A stretch of 32,000 nucleotides of DNA, taken from Pyrobaculum aerophilum str. IM2. Lineage in GTDB: Archaea; Thermoproteota; Thermoprotei; Thermoproteales; Thermoproteaceae. Below are positions 23,470 through 32,000 of the stretch, in pieces. The stretch lies in contig NC_003364.1 in assembly GCF_000007225.1 (NCBI RefSeq), forward strand, positions 1,350,001 to 1,382,000, in the 5' to 3' direction. Numbering within the stretch: position 1 is the stretch's first letter; every line of letters begins with the position of its first letter. The position numbers and the translations under genes were made by a program. The notes under the pieces were generated by a model. That model ran no database searches. It was given only the letters and a program-made list of their open reading frames with translations, and was not told the DNA's origin.

Positions 23470-23636
23470 CTGTAGAAAGGGAGCTCTGGAAGTGGCTTGA
23501 AGTCGCCAAGAGAAGCGGGAGGCGGGGCTGGGTCCTAATAAAAGAGGGGAAAATCGTTGGGGTGTTTGAAGAGAGAAAAGACGCCATAATGGCGGCTAAA
23601 GAGCCTGGGTTGTACCTTTTAACATTTGTCGAGTAG
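23466..23636 (+). CDS. 56-aa small protein (DUF5678-like), not in the ORF track
   Basis: The ATG overlaps the upstream TGA (ATATGA). Translation: MTVERELWKWLEVAKRSGRRGWVLIKEGKIVGVFEERKDAIMAAKEPGLYLLTFVE. The G-x-WV-x-I-x-x-G-K-I/V-V pattern resembles small archaeal DUF5678 proteins as I remember them. Confidence 0.5.
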   Translation: MTVERELWKWLEVAKRSGRRGWVLIKEGKIVGVFEERKDAIMAAKEPGLYLLTFVE

Positions 23637-23688
23637 ATTTACCGCATTAGGCAAATCCACGCATATAGATGCTCATACATTACGCCTT

Positions 23689-24837
23689 ATGAAACTACAC
23701 GAATACGAGGCTAAGGAGTTATTTTCAAAATACGGAGTTAAAATCCCGCCTGGTAAAGTGGCGCTTACGCCTGAGGAGGTGTTGAAAATCGCCAGGGAGA
23801 TAGGCGCCCCAGTGGTGCTAAAGGCGCAGGTGGTGGTGGCCGGAAGGGGCAAGGCAGGCGGCATAAAAGTGGCTAACTCCCCGGAGGAGGCATATGAGCT
23901 GTCTAAGAGAATGTTCGGGATGAATATCAAGGGGCTTATCGTGAAGAAGCTCTACGTGACTAAATTCGTAGAGGTTGAGCGCGAGATGTACCTCTCGCTT
24001 ATTATAGACAGGGCGAGCCGCAGGTACCTCTTCCTCGCCTCTCCTGTTGGCGGCATGGATATAGAGGAAATCGCCAAGACGTCTCCTGAAAAAATCAAGA
24101 GGGTGTACGTCGACCCCGCCACGGGCCTTAGGGATTACCATGTGAGGTCTATAGTGTCGTGGCTAGGCTTCAAACAGGGCACTTCCCAGTGGCAACAAGC
24201 CGCGTCAATAGTACAGGCCATGTACAGAATAATGGTGGACTACGACGCGGAGCTTGTGGAGTCCAACCCCCTGGCCGTCACTAAAGAGGGGGAGGTTATA
24301 CCGCTAGACGCCAGGGTTATTGTTGACGACAACGCGCTATTTAAACACCCGGAGCTGGAAAAGGCCCTTGAGGAAGATCCCAGGGACGTCACGGAATTTG
24401 AGGCTTACGCCAAGAAGATAGGGTTTCACTACGTAGAGCTTGATGGAGATGTCGGCATTATCGGCAACGGCGCCGGCCTCACTATGGCCACTATGGATTT
24501 AGTCTATCACTTTGGAGGCAGGCCGGCCAATTTCCTCGACATAGGTGGGGGGGCGAGCAGAGAGGTAGTTAAAGAGGCTGTGAAAGTCTTGCTCCACCAC
24601 CCAAGAGTCAAGGTTATTTTCGTGAACATTTTCGGCGGCATTACCCGGGCGGATGAGGTGGCCCTGGGCATAAAAGAGGCGCTTGCAGAGAGCGGAGGGA
24701 CGAATAAGAAAATCGTGGTGAGAATGAAGGGAACAAATGAGGAGCTCGGCAGGGCTATTCTCGCCGAAATAGGCGTGCCTCTCTTTGACAGCGCAGAAGA
24801 GGCCGCTAAAAAAGCCGTGGAGCTGGCGAGGGTATGA
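23689..24837 (+). CDS. sucC: succinyl-CoA synthetase, beta subunit
   Basis: [18 protein letters not shown]-terminus, ATP-grasp domain, [18 protein letters not shown] 23689 lies 23 nt from the TATA catataga; the listed start 23626 is upstream of that promoter. Confidence 0.9.
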   Translation: MKLHEYEAKELFSKYGVKIPPGKVALTPEEVLKIAREIGAPVVLKAQVVVAGRGKAGGIKVANSPEEAYELSKRMFGMNIKGLIVKKLYVTKFVEVEREMYLSLIIDRASRRYLFLASPVGGMDIEEIAKTSPEKIKRVYVDPATGLRDYHVRSIVSWLGFKQGTSQWQQAASIVQAMYRIMVDYDAELVESNPLAVTKEGEVIPLDARVIVDDNALFKHPELEKALEEDPRDVTEFEAYAKKIGFHYVELDGDVGIIGNGAGLTMATMDLVYHFGGRPANFLDIGGGASREVVKEAVKVLLHHPRVKVIFVNIFGGITRADEVALGIKEALAESGGTNKKIVVRMKGTNEELGRAILAEIGVPLFDSAEEAAKKAVELARV

Positions 24838-25715
24838 CAGTGCTAGTCGGCCCTAATACTAAAGTCGTCGTACAAGGCGCCACTGGCCGCGAGGGCTCTT
24901 TCCACTTGCAGAGGATGCTTGAATACGGCACGAAGGTCGTGGCAGGAGTCACGCCCGGTAAAGGCGGCACAACTGTGCATGGAGTGCCGGTTTACGATAC
25001 TGTCGAGGAGGCCGTCCGGAGACACGGCGCTAACGCCTCTGTGATATTCGTCCCGGCCAGATTTGCCGCAGACGCCCTTTTAGAGGCCGTAGACGCCGGG
25101 GTTGAGCTCTCTGTGGTGATTACAGAGCACATCCCAGTGCACGAAACTCTCCGCGCGGTGAATTATGCAAGGGCCAGGGGCGTTACTGTGATAGGGCCCA
25201 ACTGCCCCGGCATTGTGGCCCCGCCCGTGAGGACTAAGCTGGGGATTATGCCGAATAACATATACCAGACGCCGGGTAAAATCGCTGTGGTTAGCAGATC
25301 CGGGACGCTGACCTATGAGATATCTTACCAGCTGGTACGGGCTGGCTTTGGCATTAACGTGGCCATAGGAGTCGGCGGCGATCCTATAGTGGGGCTTGAC
25401 TTAATGGAGGCCACGCTAAAAGTCGCCGAAGATCCCGAAGTTGACGGCGTTGTAGTCATTGGGGAAGTCGGCGGCGACGCCGAGGAAAGGCTTGCAAGAC
25501 TTTACGCAGAGGGAGTAATTAAAAAGCCAGTGGTGGCATATGTGGCGGGGCGCACGGCGCCGCCAGGCAAGCGCATGGGCCACGCAGGCGCAATTGTCAT
25601 GTTGGGATCTGGCGACGCGACGAGCAAAATTGAGGCGTTTAGAGCCGCGGGAGTACCGGTGGCAGAGACGCCGTTTGAAGTGCCGCAGCTTTTGGCTAAA
25701 CTCCTCAAGAAATAG
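24834..25715 (+). CDS. sucD: succinyl-CoA synthetase, alpha subunit
   Basis: [17 protein letters not shown] and the phospho-histidine loop MGHAGAI. ATGA overlap with sucC. Confidence 0.9.
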   Translation: MTVLVGPNTKVVVQGATGREGSFHLQRMLEYGTKVVAGVTPGKGGTTVHGVPVYDTVEEAVRRHGANASVIFVPARFAADALLEAVDAGVELSVVITEHIPVHETLRAVNYARARGVTVIGPNCPGIVAPPVRTKLGIMPNNIYQTPGKIAVVSRSGTLTYEISYQLVRAGFGINVAIGVGGDPIVGLDLMEATLKVAEDPEVDGVVVIGEVGGDAEERLARLYAEGVIKKPVVAYVAGRTAPPGKRMGHAGAIVMLGSGDATSKIEAFRAAGVPVAETPFEVPQLLAKLLKK

Positions 25716-25963
25716 TGGTACAGTGCTATATCTGCGGCTTTGAGGAGGCAAAGTACAAATGCCCCAAATGCGGGCGTTTAGTCTGCCGCCACGACTGGGC
25801 TGGCGCATACTGCGCTGCGTGCGAGGCAACTCTTTGCAGACTCTGTAAATCTAATTTTTCAATTTCCGTTTGTATTGTATGCGGCAGGCTTGTATGCGAA
25901 AAATGTAGTGTAAGGAGGGGGCTTGGGAGGGTATGTAAAGATTGCATGAGAAATCTTTCTTAA
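25715..25963 (+). CDS. Cys-rich tandem cross-brace zinc-finger miniprotein (HIT/B-box-like)
   Basis: 82 aa with seven CxxC pairs. There is an internal duplication ([12 protein letters not shown] / [12 protein letters not shown]). The GTG start shares one base with the sucD stop. Confidence 0.6.
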   Translation: MVQCYICGFEEAKYKCPKCGRLVCRHDWAGAYCAACEATLCRLCKSNFSISVCIVCGRLVCEKCSVRRGLGRVCKDCMRNLS

Positions 25964-26016
25964 CAGCGCTATATATATAAATAAGTTTATATAGGGAGAG
26001 CAACGGCAATTGCGGT

Positions 26017-27216
26017 ATGAACATTGGAGATCTCGTCTCGTCCCGCACACAGTATATGACCGCGAGCGAGATAAGGGAGTTGCTGAGGTGGGCCACGGCC
26101 GATGTAATATCCTTCGGCGGCGGGATGCCGGATCCCTCCACGTTTCCAGTAGAGGACATTGCGAAAATCGTCGCGTATGTCCTGGAGGCCTATCCCCACA
26201 GGGCGTTGCAATACGGATCCACTGAGGGAGTAATGGAGCTGAGACAGGAAATCGCTAAGTTCAGCGAGTTTTTTAGGGGAATTAAGGCCAAGCCTGAGAA
26301 CGTAATTATAACCGTTGGCAGTCAGGAGGCGCTTGAATTACTGGGCCGCGTGTTTATAGATCCTGGCGACGTGGTGATCACTGAAAACCCAACGTACCTA
26401 GCGGCTTTACAAGCGTGGAGGGTGTACCAACCCCGCCTGGTGGGCATACCAATGGACGAACACGGCATGATGGTAGATGTGCTGGAGGAGAAAGTCAAGC
26501 AGTTAAAGGCAGAGGGCGCTCGTATTAAATTCATATACACAATACCCACAGCACAAAACCCCTCCGGCCTCACAATGACGCAAGACAGAAGGAAGTATCT
26601 GCTGGAAATTGCGGAGAAATACGATCTGTTAGTAGTGGAGGACGACCCGTACTCTTATTTCCTCTTTGAGCAAATCGAAGTGTCGCCTATAAAAGCGCTT
26701 GATAAAAGCGACAGAGTTATATATTTGTCCACAGCCTCTAAAATCTTCGCGCCGGGCTTCCGCCTCGGCTGGGTTATAGCAAATGAAGAGGTGATAAAAT
26801 GGTTTAACTTAGCAAAACAGTCATTAAACTTAAATACATCTAATTTTGTACAATATATATTTCTAGAGGGCCTTAGGAGAAATGTTGTGCTTAAAAACCT
26901 GCCTCACGTAAGGGATTTGTACAAGAGGAAAAGAGACGCCATGCTGGCGGCTTTAGAAACTTACATGCCCCCAGGCGTCAGTTGGACGAAGCCCAGCGGC
27001 GGGATGTTCATATGGGTCACAACGCTCCAGCATATAGATACAAGAGAATTATTGAAAATTGCAGTCACGCAGTATAAAGTGGCCTTTGTGCCAGGGCATG
27101 GGTTCTTTGTGGATCAGTCTGTAAGAAACGCAATGCGGCTCAATTTCACCTACCCCTCTTTTGAGCAGATAAATGAGGGCATTCGCCGGCTCGCCTTGGC
27201 GATAAAAGGCGCATGA
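26017..27216 (+). CDS. PLP-dependent aminotransferase, class I/II (LysN/Aro8-type)
   Basis: SFGGGMPDPSTFP near the N-terminus, and the PLP-lysine region STASKIFAPGFRLGW. Confidence 0.85.
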   Translation: MNIGDLVSSRTQYMTASEIRELLRWATADVISFGGGMPDPSTFPVEDIAKIVAYVLEAYPHRALQYGSTEGVMELRQEIAKFSEFFRGIKAKPENVIITVGSQEALELLGRVFIDPGDVVITENPTYLAALQAWRVYQPRLVGIPMDEHGMMVDVLEEKVKQLKAEGARIKFIYTIPTAQNPSGLTMTQDRRKYLLEIAEKYDLLVVEDDPYSYFLFEQIEVSPIKALDKSDRVIYLSTASKIFAPGFRLGWVIANEEVIKWFNLAKQSLNLNTSNFVQYIFLEGLRRNVVLKNLPHVRDLYKRKRDAMLAALETYMPPGVSWTKPSGGMFIWVTTLQHIDTRELLKIAVTQYKVAFVPGHGFFVDQSVRNAMRLNFTYPSFEQINEGIRRLALAIKGA

Positions 27217-28424
27217 TCCTCCTGGAGGAGGCTGCGTCGGTAATAAGAGAAAAACAGCGGGAATCAAAAATCCATAGGACGCCGACTTTGAGGTCAGAGT
27301 CTCTGACTAGAATAACAGGCGGGGAGGTGTTCCTCAAGTTGGAATCGCTTCAAAAGACAGGCAGTTTCAAGATCAGGGGGGCATATTTTGCCATGTATAA
27401 ATACATAAAGGAGGGTTATAGGGAGTTTATAACCGCCTCGTCGGGTAATCACGCGCAGGGAGTTGCCTATGCGGCACAATTACACGGAGTAAAGGCCACT
27501 GTTGTAATGCCTGAAACTACGCCTTGGCTCAAGGTTAAAAAGACCCAGGATTACGGCGCCAACGTTATATTATACGGCGAGAGTTATTACGAGGCGGAGA
27601 AAAAAGCCATGGAATTAGTACGCGGAGGAGTTAAGTTCCTCCACGCGTATAACGACTGGTACGTCATCTCGGGACAAGCCACTTTAGGCCTTGAGATTGT
27701 AGAGGATGTCGGTGACGTAGACGTAGTAGTTGTGCCAATAGGCGGCGGGGGGCTTATCTCCGGCGTTGCATATGCCGTGAAGAAGAGAAGGCCTGGGGCA
27801 AAGGTAATAGGGGTTCAAGCCAGCGGAGCGCCGGCGGTGTACTTGTCTTTAAAAGAGGGGCGGCCCATTGTGATTGAGAAAGTAGACACTATTGCCGACG
27901 GTATCGCTATTAAAAGCCCCGGCGACATTACGTTGAAATTAATACAAGAGTACGTAGACGACGTGGTGTTAGTAGACGACAATGAAATTGTAGATGCCAT
28001 TTACCTCCTCCTTGAAAGGACAAGAGTAGTGGCTGAGGGCGCTGGGGCTGTTGCAGTGGCCGCGTTAATGTCGGGGAAAATTAACGTAAGTGGTAAAAAA
28101 GTAGTGGCGGTTGTCTCCGGCGGTAATATAGACGCGCCTATTTTTATGCGCGTTCTCATGAAGGCAATGGCGAGACAGAGGCGGGTGATTAAATTAGTCG
28201 GCGAAGTGCCTGACAAGCCTGGAACTCTTGCGAAGGCCTCTTCTTTCCTGGCCTCACACAATGTGAATATCCTAGAGGTTTTCCACGAGCGCTACGACCC
28301 GGAACAACGGCCTAATTATGTAAGACTCATATTTGTAGTGGAAATTCCAGGCACGTTAGACGTATCAAAGCTCTTAGACGAACTGGAAAAAAACGGCTTC
28401 TTTTTCAGAGTCGCCTCGCAGTAA
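27213..28424 (+). CDS. ilvA: threonine ammonia-lyase (threonine dehydratase) with C-terminal ACT-like domain
   Basis: PLP lysine motif ESLQKTGSFKIRGA, SSGNHAQGVAYAA, glycine loop GGGGLISG, and C-terminal GEVPDKPGTLAKASSFLASHNVNILEV. ATGA overlap with the aminotransferase. Confidence 0.85.
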   Translation: MILLEEAASVIREKQRESKIHRTPTLRSESLTRITGGEVFLKLESLQKTGSFKIRGAYFAMYKYIKEGYREFITASSGNHAQGVAYAAQLHGVKATVVMPETTPWLKVKKTQDYGANVILYGESYYEAEKKAMELVRGGVKFLHAYNDWYVISGQATLGLEIVEDVGDVDVVVVPIGGGGLISGVAYAVKKRRPGAKVIGVQASGAPAVYLSLKEGRPIVIEKVDTIADGIAIKSPGDITLKLIQEYVDDVVLVDDNEIVDAIYLLLERTRVVAEGAGAVAVAALMSGKINVSGKKVVAVVSGGNIDAPIFMRVLMKAMARQRRVIKLVGEVPDKPGTLAKASSFLASHNVNILEVFHERYDPEQRPNYVRLIFVVEIPGTLDVSKLLDELEKNGFFFRVASQ

Positions 28425-28452
28425 AGATAAAAACGCGAGTTATCTTCTCTAC

Positions 28453-29169
28453 ATGAGGACGAAGTTGTTGTACCAAGAGGACTCGTATATAAGAGAGTTT
28501 GAGGCAACAGTGCTGGAGGTTAATGGGAATGAAGTTATACTTGACAGAACTGCGTTTCATGACGGCACGGGGGGCGTACAAGCCGACAGCGGCTATATTA
28601 TTTTCGGAAACGAGCGGTATTTTGCCGCGGCATCGCACAAGGGAGGCGAGGTTGTGCATGTATTAGACAGGGCGCCGGTTTTCAAGCCTGGGGATGTGGT
28701 GAGGGGGGAGTTGGACTGGGAGAAGCGGTATAAGAAAATGAGGCTTCACACAGCTGCTCACATATTATCGGCGGTTTTGTACGACAAATACAACGCGTTG
28801 ATCACAGGCGGCGAAATTACTCACGAATATGCACGCGACGACTTTAACATCGAGGGGGATATGGCGACTGTTAGAAAGGCGTTTGAGGAGGCAGTTGCAG
28901 TGGTCAACGAGATAGCTCAAAGGGGCATTGAGATCAAGGTGTATTGGCTACCGAGGGAGGAGGCTCTTAAAATTCCAGGCGTTGTGAAACTCGCCGAGAG
29001 AATGCCGCCTGATATCCCGCGTCTCCGTATAGTGGAAATCCCCGGCGTAGACGTACAAGCGGATGGGGGGCCTCACGTGAAAAACACGCGCGAAATAGGC
29101 GTTGTTAAAATAATTAAGGTGGAGAACAGAGGGAAGGGGAAGAAGAGACTTTACTACACAGTGGAGTAG
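28453..29169 (+). CDS. alaX: alanyl-tRNA editing protein AlaX
   Basis: HxxxH zinc motif MRLHTAAHILSAV and the distal ADGGPHV motif; 238 aa (AlaX-M size). Confidence 0.8.
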   Translation: MRTKLLYQEDSYIREFEATVLEVNGNEVILDRTAFHDGTGGVQADSGYIIFGNERYFAAASHKGGEVVHVLDRAPVFKPGDVVRGELDWEKRYKKMRLHTAAHILSAVLYDKYNALITGGEITHEYARDDFNIEGDMATVRKAFEEAVAVVNEIAQRGIEIKVYWLPREEALKIPGVVKLAERMPPDIPRLRIVEIPGVDVQADGGPHVKNTREIGVVKIIKVENRGKGKKRLYYTVE

Positions 29170-30695
29170 TGGAATCGCCTCTTGGAGCCGCGTCAATAGC
29201 GGTTCTCTTCGGAGTATTACTCGCCTATTTACTCGACAGAGCCGGCTTGCCTCCTTTCCTCGGCTTTTTTATAGCCGGCGGAGTTGTGGGGAAAATATTC
29301 GAAGTGGCGTTGCCTGAGATCTACCTCCAAGTCCTTATTTCCCTCGTGGCCTTTGAAGTGGGCAGGCAGTTGGGAATTAGCGGCTTGTCTCCCGCGGCTT
29401 TTTTCGCGGTGATTTTAGAGACGGCGTTTATCGTCGGCTTGTCGGCCCTGTTATTTAATCTAATTGGATTTACAATAGGAGAGGCGTTAATAGTTGCAGT
29501 GATGATGTTGAGCTCTTCAAGCTTGTTAACGTTAAAGTTTTCAGAAACTCTGCCAAAAGAGGCCAGAGATATTGCGATTTCATTAACTACTTTAGAGGAC
29601 ACAGTCCTCTTCTTGTCCCTAAGTCTTTTAATAGGCAGGGCCACTGTTGAGAGCCTTCCGGTGAATATAGTCGTTGTAGTAACAATGGGCATAGTTTCTC
29701 TCGCCTTCTTTACATACATTGTGAGGTTTATAATTGGAAAGGATTACGCACTGCCCTTTGCCTTGGCCACGGCTTTTGGCTTTGTCTACGTAGTTCAGTA
29801 TTTCAACATCGCCTCCCCGTTTTTGGGGGCGTTTATCGCCGGCTATGTCTTCTCGAGGGCTGACGCACACGGGACGCACGCCAAGGAAGCTTCGGCGTTA
29901 TCGAACTTAATAGTCTATGCCTACATGTTGGCCATCGGCGTTTCTTTGCCCGCTCCACAGCTTAACCTTGTTTTTCTCGCTCTTAGTGTCGGCGTGGCGC
30001 TAATGGCGGTTATCATTAGGGCTGTGTCCGTATTCCTCGGCTCTTTATTTATCACTGGAAACCCTAGGCTCTCGGCCAATATAGCCACGTCTACTGCGCA
30101 CATCTCCGAGCTCTCGTTGTCAATTCCCATTTTGGCGTATAACTTCGGCGTTGTTAAGAACGCCGAGTTAGTATTTGCCCTCTCCACGGCGCCTATGTTG
30201 ACTTTATTCATAGCGCCACTGTTATGGCGACAGCGCCATTTAGTAGAAGAATACGCAGGTAAAAGAATAAAGGAGCTGAAAGCCACAGTTGCCTACGAGA
30301 GGCTGTACAGAGTAGTGACACATGCCTTTATAACGGCGGCAAAACTGGCCGTGTTGATGGTCGCCATAGCGCTGGCCGTCGGTTATTTGGGCTTGGCGTC
30401 ACTAGCAGTTCTCATACCCTCCTCTTATTTCTTTGTGAAATATTCCAGGGAGATTTACAAAGATCTATTAATAGCGTTGCGAGAACTAGAAGAGGCGCGT
30501 TATGCCAGTATAGCAGTTTTAACATCCACGTTATCGCTGGCGCTTTACGTGGCAGTAGTTCTCTTGCAACCCGTATTGCAAGAACATATATACATAGTCG
30601 TCTTCATAATGGGCATATTAGGCTATTCTCTTTACGTAATTTACCGGGAGTTACAAAGAGAGCGCACAATACGGTTGAGCTCGTCTACGACATAG
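29169..30695 (+). CDS. cation:proton antiporter family membrane protein (CPA-type) with extra C-terminal TMs
   Basis: 508 aa, hydrophobic almost throughout (~13 helices), with a Na+/H+ exchanger-like N-terminal ~380 aa. GTG start shares one base with the alaX stop. Confidence 0.6.
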   Translation: MESPLGAASIAVLFGVLLAYLLDRAGLPPFLGFFIAGGVVGKIFEVALPEIYLQVLISLVAFEVGRQLGISGLSPAAFFAVILETAFIVGLSALLFNLIGFTIGEALIVAVMMLSSSSLLTLKFSETLPKEARDIAISLTTLEDTVLFLSLSLLIGRATVESLPVNIVVVVTMGIVSLAFFTYIVRFIIGKDYALPFALATAFGFVYVVQYFNIASPFLGAFIAGYVFSRADAHGTHAKEASALSNLIVYAYMLAIGVSLPAPQLNLVFLALSVGVALMAVIIRAVSVFLGSLFITGNPRLSANIATSTAHISELSLSIPILAYNFGVVKNAELVFALSTAPMLTLFIAPLLWRQRHLVEEYAGKRIKELKATVAYERLYRVVTHAFITAAKLAVLMVAIALAVGYLGLASLAVLIPSSYFFVKYSREIYKDLLIALRELEEARYASIAVLTSTLSLALYVAVVLLQPVLQEHIYIVVFIMGILGYSLYVIYRELQRERTIRLSSSTT

Positions 30696-30988
30696 CGGTA
30701 AAAATCATCGGCAGGCAGGGAGAGCTCTGTGCATTTATCCACAGACGCGCGAAACGCCCTGGCGAGATGATAGTCCAAACCTGTAATACTTTCCGGGTCT
30801 ACCTCTACCTCTGGCAGTATTAAAGAAATAAGGGCTATGTGGCGGGCGTGTAGCCTAGCTGCTCTTTCCCGCTCCTCTTTAATATACTCAGAATCGGCAA
30901 GGGAAAAGGCCTTCTCTCTATGCACTTCTGCTAACGCGTCTTTTACTCGCGCAATGTCGCGCCTTTTTAAAATTTCTTCAATTTCCAC
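30641..30988 (-). CDS. hypothetical helical protein (115 aa)
   Basis: Charged, helix-prone composition typical of real thermophile proteins. GTG start lies 22 nt from the TATA-like ttaataattt on the minus strand. The 3' end overlaps the antiporter gene by 55 nt. Confidence 0.5.
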   Translation of the reverse strand: MEIEEILKRRDIARVKDALAEVHREKAFSLADSEYIKEERERAARLHARHIALISLILPEVEVDPESITGLDYHLARAFRASVDKCTELSLPADDFYRYVVDELNRIVRSLCNSR

Positions 30989-31309
30989 AGAGTTGCAACT
31001 CCATTAAATTATTAAGTATTAGAGCGCTGTCAGCTGTCTTGCTCTTGTAGCGGAATAGATGGCGTGGAGCCCCGTATTCGCAATCAACAGCCGCTTTTAA
31101 GACGTCGTGAATGAGTTTGCGAAAAATGGCTATTGTCCGCCTGTGGGGAGCGTCTTATGAGCCGGTTGCGAATTTCATTGTGCTCTATCGCCATAAGGCG
31201 TGTAGCCTAGCCGCTGTTTGAAGAAAAACATGACATTCAATAACACCGCCGTTGCTCTATATCGCTAATAATACAATTCCTTTTTTTAACTCCGTGCGGC
31301 ATCTAATGC

Positions 31310-32000
31310 GTGGTGTTAGTACGCGTAGGCGATTATGAGGAGAATATTATCACAGTAGAGGATCTTGAGCAATTCTGTAGAAAACTCAGAGAGGAGTTGC
31401 ACAAGTCTGAGTGCCAATATAACTCTTGGTATATTCGAGTCCCGCCCGAGAGGCTGTTTGCGTTGTTGAAAAAAGCATATATGAAATACGCCCAGGGCGT
31501 GCTAAACGCCAGCGACGTCATTGCTGAGTTTTTGGACGAGTATAAACTGTCTAGAAGCCTCGCCAGGACTATAACTCCCACGCTGAGCTCCCTGGGCTTG
31601 ACAACGGCGGGAAAATTTACTGCAGTTGCCATTGAGTTGGGCAAGTTATTACACGAGGGAAGGCTAGAGGAGGCCAAGGAAAAGCTCCGCGTGTTGTTCG
31701 CCAAAAACTGCGTATTGAAGGAGATACTTGAGAGGGCCGCGGATTGCTCAGAGCTGGAGAAGTCTGTGGCAATAGTGCTGACGGGGTATGGCAAAAGCAT
31801 AAGATTTGATGAGTTGAAGTACACAACAGAGCTTTTACGCATGGCGCATCCCAAGTGTGAAAATTGCGACATGTCCTGCGTCACAAGGGATAAAATTATT
31901 CACTGTATTGAGAAGATTATTCAACTGTCGGCCCCCCATATGAGAGAGCTATTCGAGAAACTGGATATTACGCTCTTGCCAGAGCATTTAGAATACGTGC
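31310..32000 (+). CDS. hypothetical protein, 3' end beyond the window (absent from the ORF track)
   Basis: Frame 2 is open from 31307 to the window edge (230 codons) with E/K/L-rich thermophile-like composition (..EDLEQFCRKLREELHKSECQYNSWYIRVPPERLFALLKKAY..). GTG 31310 lies 24 nt from the TATA-like tttttttaac (31281-31290). Confidence 0.6.
   Translation, partial: MVLVRVGDYEENIITVEDLEQFCRKLREELHKSECQYNSWYIRVPPERLFALLKKAYMKYAQGVLNASDVIAEFLDEYKLSRSLARTITPTLSSLGLTTAGKFTAVAIELGKLLHEGRLEEAKEKLRVLFAKNCVLKEILERAADCSELEKSVAIVLTGYGKSIRFDELKYTTELLRMAHPKCENCDMSCVTRDKIIHCIEKIIQLSAPHMRELFEKLDITLLPEHLEYV

Noticed and set aside
31333-31884. Listed 183-aa minus-strand ORF
   Set aside because: The opposite strand carries an uninterrupted 230-codon frame with realistic composition and a correctly spaced TATA box. 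The minus-strand product is Ser-rich low-complexity sequence.
1-32000. CRISPR arrays, IS elements, integrases, rRNA or tRNA genes
   Set aside because: I saw no regularly spaced direct repeats, no transposase or integrase-like ORFs, and no tRNA or rRNA conserved motifs in any intergenic region on either strand.

Overview
This is a gene-dense chromosomal segment, roughly 90% coding, from a hyperthermophilic crenarchaeon. Gene content and architecture point to Pyrobaculum/Thermoproteales: a PAE2307-type PF04008 protein sits next to a fur-like gene, and a Tes-like radical-SAM enzyme is present. Many genes overlap by 1-10 nt, G+C is about 50%, and TATA-like boxes are centred about 22-26 nt upstream of start codons, which is leaderless geometry. 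Most genes are housekeeping: valS, sucCD, threonine dehydratase, a class-I aminotransferase, alaX, an Ncs6/TtuA-type tRNA thiolase, a COG1205 helicase, plus TrmB, Fur-like and small wHTH regulators. I found no rRNA, tRNA, CRISPR array, transposase or integrase. The best candidate for an undescribed system is the envelope cluster at 1520-9642. It holds a translationally coupled FtsX/MacB-type permease, an ABC ATPase and a 610-aa signal-peptide, C-terminally anchored, heavily sequon-decorated helical ectoprotein. This operon is transcribed back-to-back with an MMPL/RND exporter and lies next to a probable tetraether-lipid synthase. Other points worth a second look:
- Two candidate box C/D sRNAs at gene 3' ends. 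One is antisense to the fur stop codon and has its own correctly spaced TATA box.
- A decaying ABC exporter gene with a TAG inside Walker A, a frameshift at a 5-nt tandem duplication, and a 13% G+C 5' end, followed by a 523-bp non-coding gap.
- An unlisted 56-aa coupled ORF.
- A tandem cross-brace (HIT-like) zinc-finger miniprotein coupled to sucD.
- A HAD-fold protein lacking both catalytic aspartates.
- An unlisted ORF running off the 3' edge of the window.
All family assignments rest on motif recognition by eye. No database search was possible.
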